Below are positions 60,940 through 64,000 of a stretch of DNA of 64,000 nucleotides, in pieces. The stretch comes from a virus, in IMG/VR virus record IMGVR_UViG_3300045988_154892; one strand, given 5' to 3'. The notes below the pieces were generated by a model. That model was not told where the DNA came from, ran no database searches, and worked only from the letters and a program-made list of their open reading frames with translations. The translations under genes were made by a program, and so were the position numbers. How positions within the stretch are numbered: the first letter of the stretch is position 1; every line of letters starts with the position of its first letter.

Positions 60940-61248
60940 ATGAAAAACAAATTACTAATATTTTTGTGTGTCAGTATTTTACTATCATTTTCAGGATGTA
61001 GAGTAGAATCAGCACAAGCAAATGTAAAAACGAACGATACTGTAACAGTAAAATCTCTTGGAACCGATAATTTAATTAACATTGGTGGATATTTATATTA
61101 TGATAGTACAACAAAAATCGTGTATTTTTGGAACGGATCAATTGGATATGGTCGAGCTTCAACAACACCATCACCATATTTTGCGCCAAATGGTCTTCCA
61201 TATAAGTATGAACCAGAAACAAATACATTTGTAGAAATCACAGAATAG
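60940..61248 (+). CDS. lipoprotein
   Basis: MKNKLLIFLCVSILLSFSGC lipobox. Confidence 0.7.
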   Translation: MKNKLLIFLCVSILLSFSGCRVESAQANVKTNDTVTVKSLGTDNLINIGGYLYYDSTTKIVYFWNGSIGYGRASTTPSPYFAPNGLPYKYEPETNTFVEITE

Positions 61249-61265
61249 TCGAGAGGAAAGAAAAT

Positions 61266-61475
61266 ATGAGAGATCCAAATAGATTATATAATTTTTATAA
61301 TGAAGTAACAAGATTACACATGACATATAGACCAGATTGGAGAATTGGTCAATTTTGGGATGGTTTTAAAAAATGGCTGGATGGATGTAAACATATTGAT
61401 ATTTATTATCTGGAAGACAATGAATTGCTTGAATATTTAAAAGAAATGTGTGGGGAGAAATCGGTAAATGGATAA
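61266..61475 (+). CDS. hypothetical protein
   Basis: SD GAGAGGAAAG. Confidence 0.55.
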   Translation: MRDPNRLYNFYNEVTRLHMTYRPDWRIGQFWDGFKKWLDGCKHIDIYYLEDNELLEYLKEMCGEKSVNG

Positions 61476-63432
61476 GATCAAACGAATGAAAGAACTGATT
61501 CATGATCTGAATAAGGCATCAAAATCATATTATACTGGAGAACCTATTATGTCAGATTATGATTGGGATCGAAAATATGAAGAACTATCTCGGTTAGAAA
61601 AAGAGTTAGGTATTACTTTGAATGATAGTCCTACCCTGCATGTTGGATATAAAGTGTCCAAAGAATTAAAAGAAGTACGGCATAATCATTCTATGCTTTC
61701 TCTTGATAAAACAAAAAACGTAAATGAACTAAAACAATTTGCGGGAAATAAAAATTGTTTTCTGTCTGTCAAATGTGATGGCTTAACTTTATCATTATAC
61801 TATAAAAACGGTAAATTAATTGCAGCAGAAACCAGAGGTGACGGTGAAAATGGTATCTCTGTATTAGAGAATGCACTAACAATTCGAAACATTCCACAAA
61901 CGATCCCATACAAAGATGAATTGATTATTGATGGTGAAACTATCATTGGATGGGAAACATTTCGACAAATTAATGAAGATCTTCCTGCAGATAAAAGATA
62001 TAAACATCCAAGGAATTTAGTTTCTGGATCATTACAGTTACTAGATAGTTATGAAGCGTCTAAACGTAATATGAGATTTATTGCATGGCGTGTTATTAAA
62101 GGATTTTATCATAAATCAGTATCTTTGGACTTAAAAGAAGCTGAACGAAATGGTTTTGAAGTGGTTCCGATGATTACATATTCAAATAATACCGAAAATA
62201 ATCTATCAAAACAGCTCGAACAACTTCGTACAATGGCAGATGAACACAATATTCCATATGATGGAGCAGTTATGGCAGTCGATGATTATAACACTGCAGA
62301 GGAAATGGGAAGAACAGACAAATTCTTTCGACATTCTATGGCCTATAAGTACGAAGACGAGCTATTTGAAACAGTATTAAGAGGTATTGAATGGAATACT
62401 TCCAAAACAGGCCTGATTAATCCTGTAGCAATTTTTGATCCTGTAGATATGAATGGAGCAATTACAACCAGGGCAACACTTCATAATATTACATATATTA
62501 AAGATATGATGCTTGGAATCGGAGATCGTATTAGAGTATATCGTTCTAATATGGTTATTCCAAAAGTACACGACAGTATTGATAAGAGTGGTAAATTTGA
62601 TATTCCTGATAAATGTCCAGTATGCGGCGAACCAACTAAAATAATTAAAGAAAACGATTCAGAAGTTCTATGGTGTACAAACCCTGAATGTAAGGGCAAA
62701 TTACTTGGCAAACTAACTCATGCAGTTAGTAGAAATGCTCTAAACATTGATGGTTTATCTGAAGCAACAATTCAAAAATTCATTTCTTTAGGATGGTTAA
62801 AATCTATCCAAGACATCTATTATCTCACTAAGTACGAAAAACAAATGAAAACGCTTGATGGTTTCGGTTCGAAATCAGTTTCCAAACTATTTAATTCAAT
62901 TGAAAAAAGTAGAAATACAACGTTTGATCGTTTTATTTATGCGCTTTCTATTCCTCTTGTTGGTAAAACAGCAAGCAAAGCTATTGCAAAAGCTGAAGCT
63001 TATCAGTTCGAAAATTTTATGCGTGATATGACACGTACAGGCGCGAAATTCTTTTCATCTATTCCTGGAATTGGAGATTCTATTACTGATTCACTTGATG
63101 AATATTTCAATAAAGAATGTAGTAACGTGTGGGAACTTGGTAAAGAATTTACATTCGAAACGCCAAAGAAAGTATCTCTCAAAACAAGTAGCGGAAAAGA
63201 TTTGACGGGACAAACATTTGTTGTTACCGGTAGTTTGAAACATTTCGAAAATCGAGATGCGCTTAAAGAGAATATTGAATCATTGGGTGGGAAAGTATCT
63301 GGTTCAATATCGAAGAAGGTTACTGCATTGATCAATAATGATGTTAATTCTACGTCAAGTAAAAATACGAAAGCAAAGAGCCTTGGTGTAAAAATCATGA
63401 GCGAAGATGAATTCCTAGAATACATCAACTAA
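61468..63432 (+). CDS. ligA: NAD+-dependent DNA ligase
   Basis: KxDG VKCDGLTLS, zinc finger CPVCGEP...CTNPEC, HhH region, BRCT GQTFVVTGSL. Confidence 0.9.
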   Translation: MDKIKRMKELIHDLNKASKSYYTGEPIMSDYDWDRKYEELSRLEKELGITLNDSPTLHVGYKVSKELKEVRHNHSMLSLDKTKNVNELKQFAGNKNCFLSVKCDGLTLSLYYKNGKLIAAETRGDGENGISVLENALTIRNIPQTIPYKDELIIDGETIIGWETFRQINEDLPADKRYKHPRNLVSGSLQLLDSYEASKRNMRFIAWRVIKGFYHKSVSLDLKEAERNGFEVVPMITYSNNTENNLSKQLEQLRTMADEHNIPYDGAVMAVDDYNTAEEMGRTDKFFRHSMAYKYEDELFETVLRGIEWNTSKTGLINPVAIFDPVDMNGAITTRATLHNITYIKDMMLGIGDRIRVYRSNMVIPKVHDSIDKSGKFDIPDKCPVCGEPTKIIKENDSEVLWCTNPECKGKLLGKLTHAVSRNALNIDGLSEATIQKFISLGWLKSIQDIYYLTKYEKQMKTLDGFGSKSVSKLFNSIEKSRNTTFDRFIYALSIPLVGKTASKAIAKAEAYQFENFMRDMTRTGAKFFSSIPGIGDSITDSLDEYFNKECSNVWELGKEFTFETPKKVSLKTSSGKDLTGQTFVVTGSLKHFENRDALKENIESLGGKVSGSISKKVTALINNDVNSTSSKNTKAKSLGVKIMSEDEFLEYIN

Positions 63433-63449
63433 GAAAGAAGGTGAAAAAT

Positions 63450-63695
63450 ATGAATGATCATAAAATTAGAATCTGTCTTAGAACAGTAAACAACGCTAGT
63501 CTATTCGTTGCCAAGTGTGGAGAATATAAAGATTGGGATATCAATTATATTCACGGAAGACTTGTTCTTGATGCTAAATCTCTGATGGGCGTACTAAGCG
63601 TTGCCATTGACGCACCTGCGTATGTAGAGATTTTAACATATGATGAAAAAGTTCTTGAAAATTTTAAAAATGATATGACATTATGGGAGGTATAA
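63450..63695 (+). CDS. HPr-like protein lacking the catalytic His
   Basis: LVLDAKSLMGVLSVAI resembles the HPr Ser46 region. The His15 region GIHARPA is replaced by TVNNASL. Confidence 0.5.
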   Translation: MNDHKIRICLRTVNNASLFVAKCGEYKDWDINYIHGRLVLDAKSLMGVLSVAIDAPAYVEILTYDEKVLENFKNDMTLWEV

Positions 63696-63697
63696 AA

Positions 63698-64000
63698 ATG
63701 GGAACAATTACAATTTTACCAGAAACACCAAAAGATCCACTTGCATTAATTGGCAGAAGAGCTGGCATTTGTTGGAATGCTGATATTACAAACGAAGAAA
63801 AAAATATCAAACGAGGTATTGATTGTATTAAATCAGGACATGGAAGAACACTTGAATTTGTAGATGTTCATATGATTATTGATGGATTTTCTGCGAGGGT
63901 TATGCGCGAATATTATCGTCATGTCGGCGGTATGACACCATATTTACAGGCATCTACTAGATATATCAATTATAAAGACTTTGATATTATTGTACCAAAA
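63698..64000 (+). CDS. thyX: FAD-dependent thymidylate synthase ThyX, N-terminal part (3' end outside window)
   Basis: SGHGRTLEF, FSARVMREYYRHVGG....QASTRY (ThyX RHR..S....S.RY-like motif). Confidence 0.75.
   Translation, partial: MGTITILPETPKDPLALIGRRAGICWNADITNEEKNIKRGIDCIKSGHGRTLEFVDVHMIIDGFSARVMREYYRHVGGMTPYLQASTRYINYKDFDIIVPK

Noticed and set aside
1-64000. Genome-wide stop-codon reassignment (TGA to Trp, or TAG to Gln), as in some gut phages
   Set aside because: TGA terminates NAMPT close to its expected C-terminus. It also forms many ATGA stop/start overlaps (3239, 5588, 8052, 12428, 52272, 54906, 59673). TAG and TAA also end motif-complete genes. Long genes (Pol III alpha, ATPase, LigA) contain no in-frame stops. 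Neither tRNA has a suppressor anticodon (CAA and CAT).
1-64000. CRISPR arrays, retron/DGR reverse transcriptases, integrase or lysogeny module, virion structural or lysis genes
   Set aside because: No spaced direct-repeat array was seen. No ORF has RT (YxDD), tyrosine or serine recombinase, terminase, portal or major capsid signatures that I can recognise. Their absence in this window says nothing about the rest of the genome.

Overview
AT-rich (about one third G+C by eye) and very tightly packed window. About 115 ORFs lie on the + strand and only one plausible gene on the - strand. Many ORFs are under 100 aa, and ATGA or other short start/stop overlaps are frequent. I recognise no rRNA, integrase or virion-structural genes. 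It reads as the early/middle region (host takeover, nucleotide metabolism, replication) of a large phage of a low-GC Gram-positive host, judged from GGAG-type SDs and lipoprotein lipoboxes.

Recognisable content:
- NAD+ block: NAMPT C-terminus, macro domain and NadE.
- Two small radical-SAM enzymes; the second overlaps a SLOG/DUF1273 protein.
- A TnpB-only IS200/IS605-type element with a structured right end, apparently inserted in-frame into a small phage gene.
- A small TM protein, SPFH/band-7 protein and lipoprotein.
- Two metallophosphoesterases, a Lar-type anti-restriction protein, and orphan Dcm and Dam methyltransferases.
- RNA repair set: HNH, RNA ligase and kinase/HD end-healing enzyme.
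- A coupled block of P-type Ca2+-ATPase, vWA (TerF-like), TerD and PspA/IM30-like protein.
- tRNA-Leu(CAA) and tRNA-Met(CAT) separated by a structured spacer, and a second aberrant tRNA-like RNA.
- Replication module: SSB-like protein, AAA ATPase, DnaB-like helicase, Toprim primase, PD-(D/E)XK nuclease, Pol III alpha, RecD-like helicase.
- YopX, NAD+-dependent ligase, an HPr-like protein and the ThyX N-terminus.

Most unusual observations:
1. The Ca2+-ATPase/vWA/TerD/PspA membrane-calcium block.
2. A tandemly duplicated four-part module: small ORF, ~200-nt structured leader that sequesters the SD, PAPS-reductase-like PP-loop ATPase, and zinc ribbon.
3. The NadV-macro-NadE operon.
4. The anticodon-less tRNA-like RNA.
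5. Two hairpins with different stems but nearly identical 12-nt loops.

Data-quality caveat: at least five ORFs are split by +/-1 frameshifts, mostly at homopolymer runs, and one by an in-frame TGA. These could be assembly errors, real pseudogenes or recoding.

All functional calls come from motif recognition by eye. No searches or folding programs were run.
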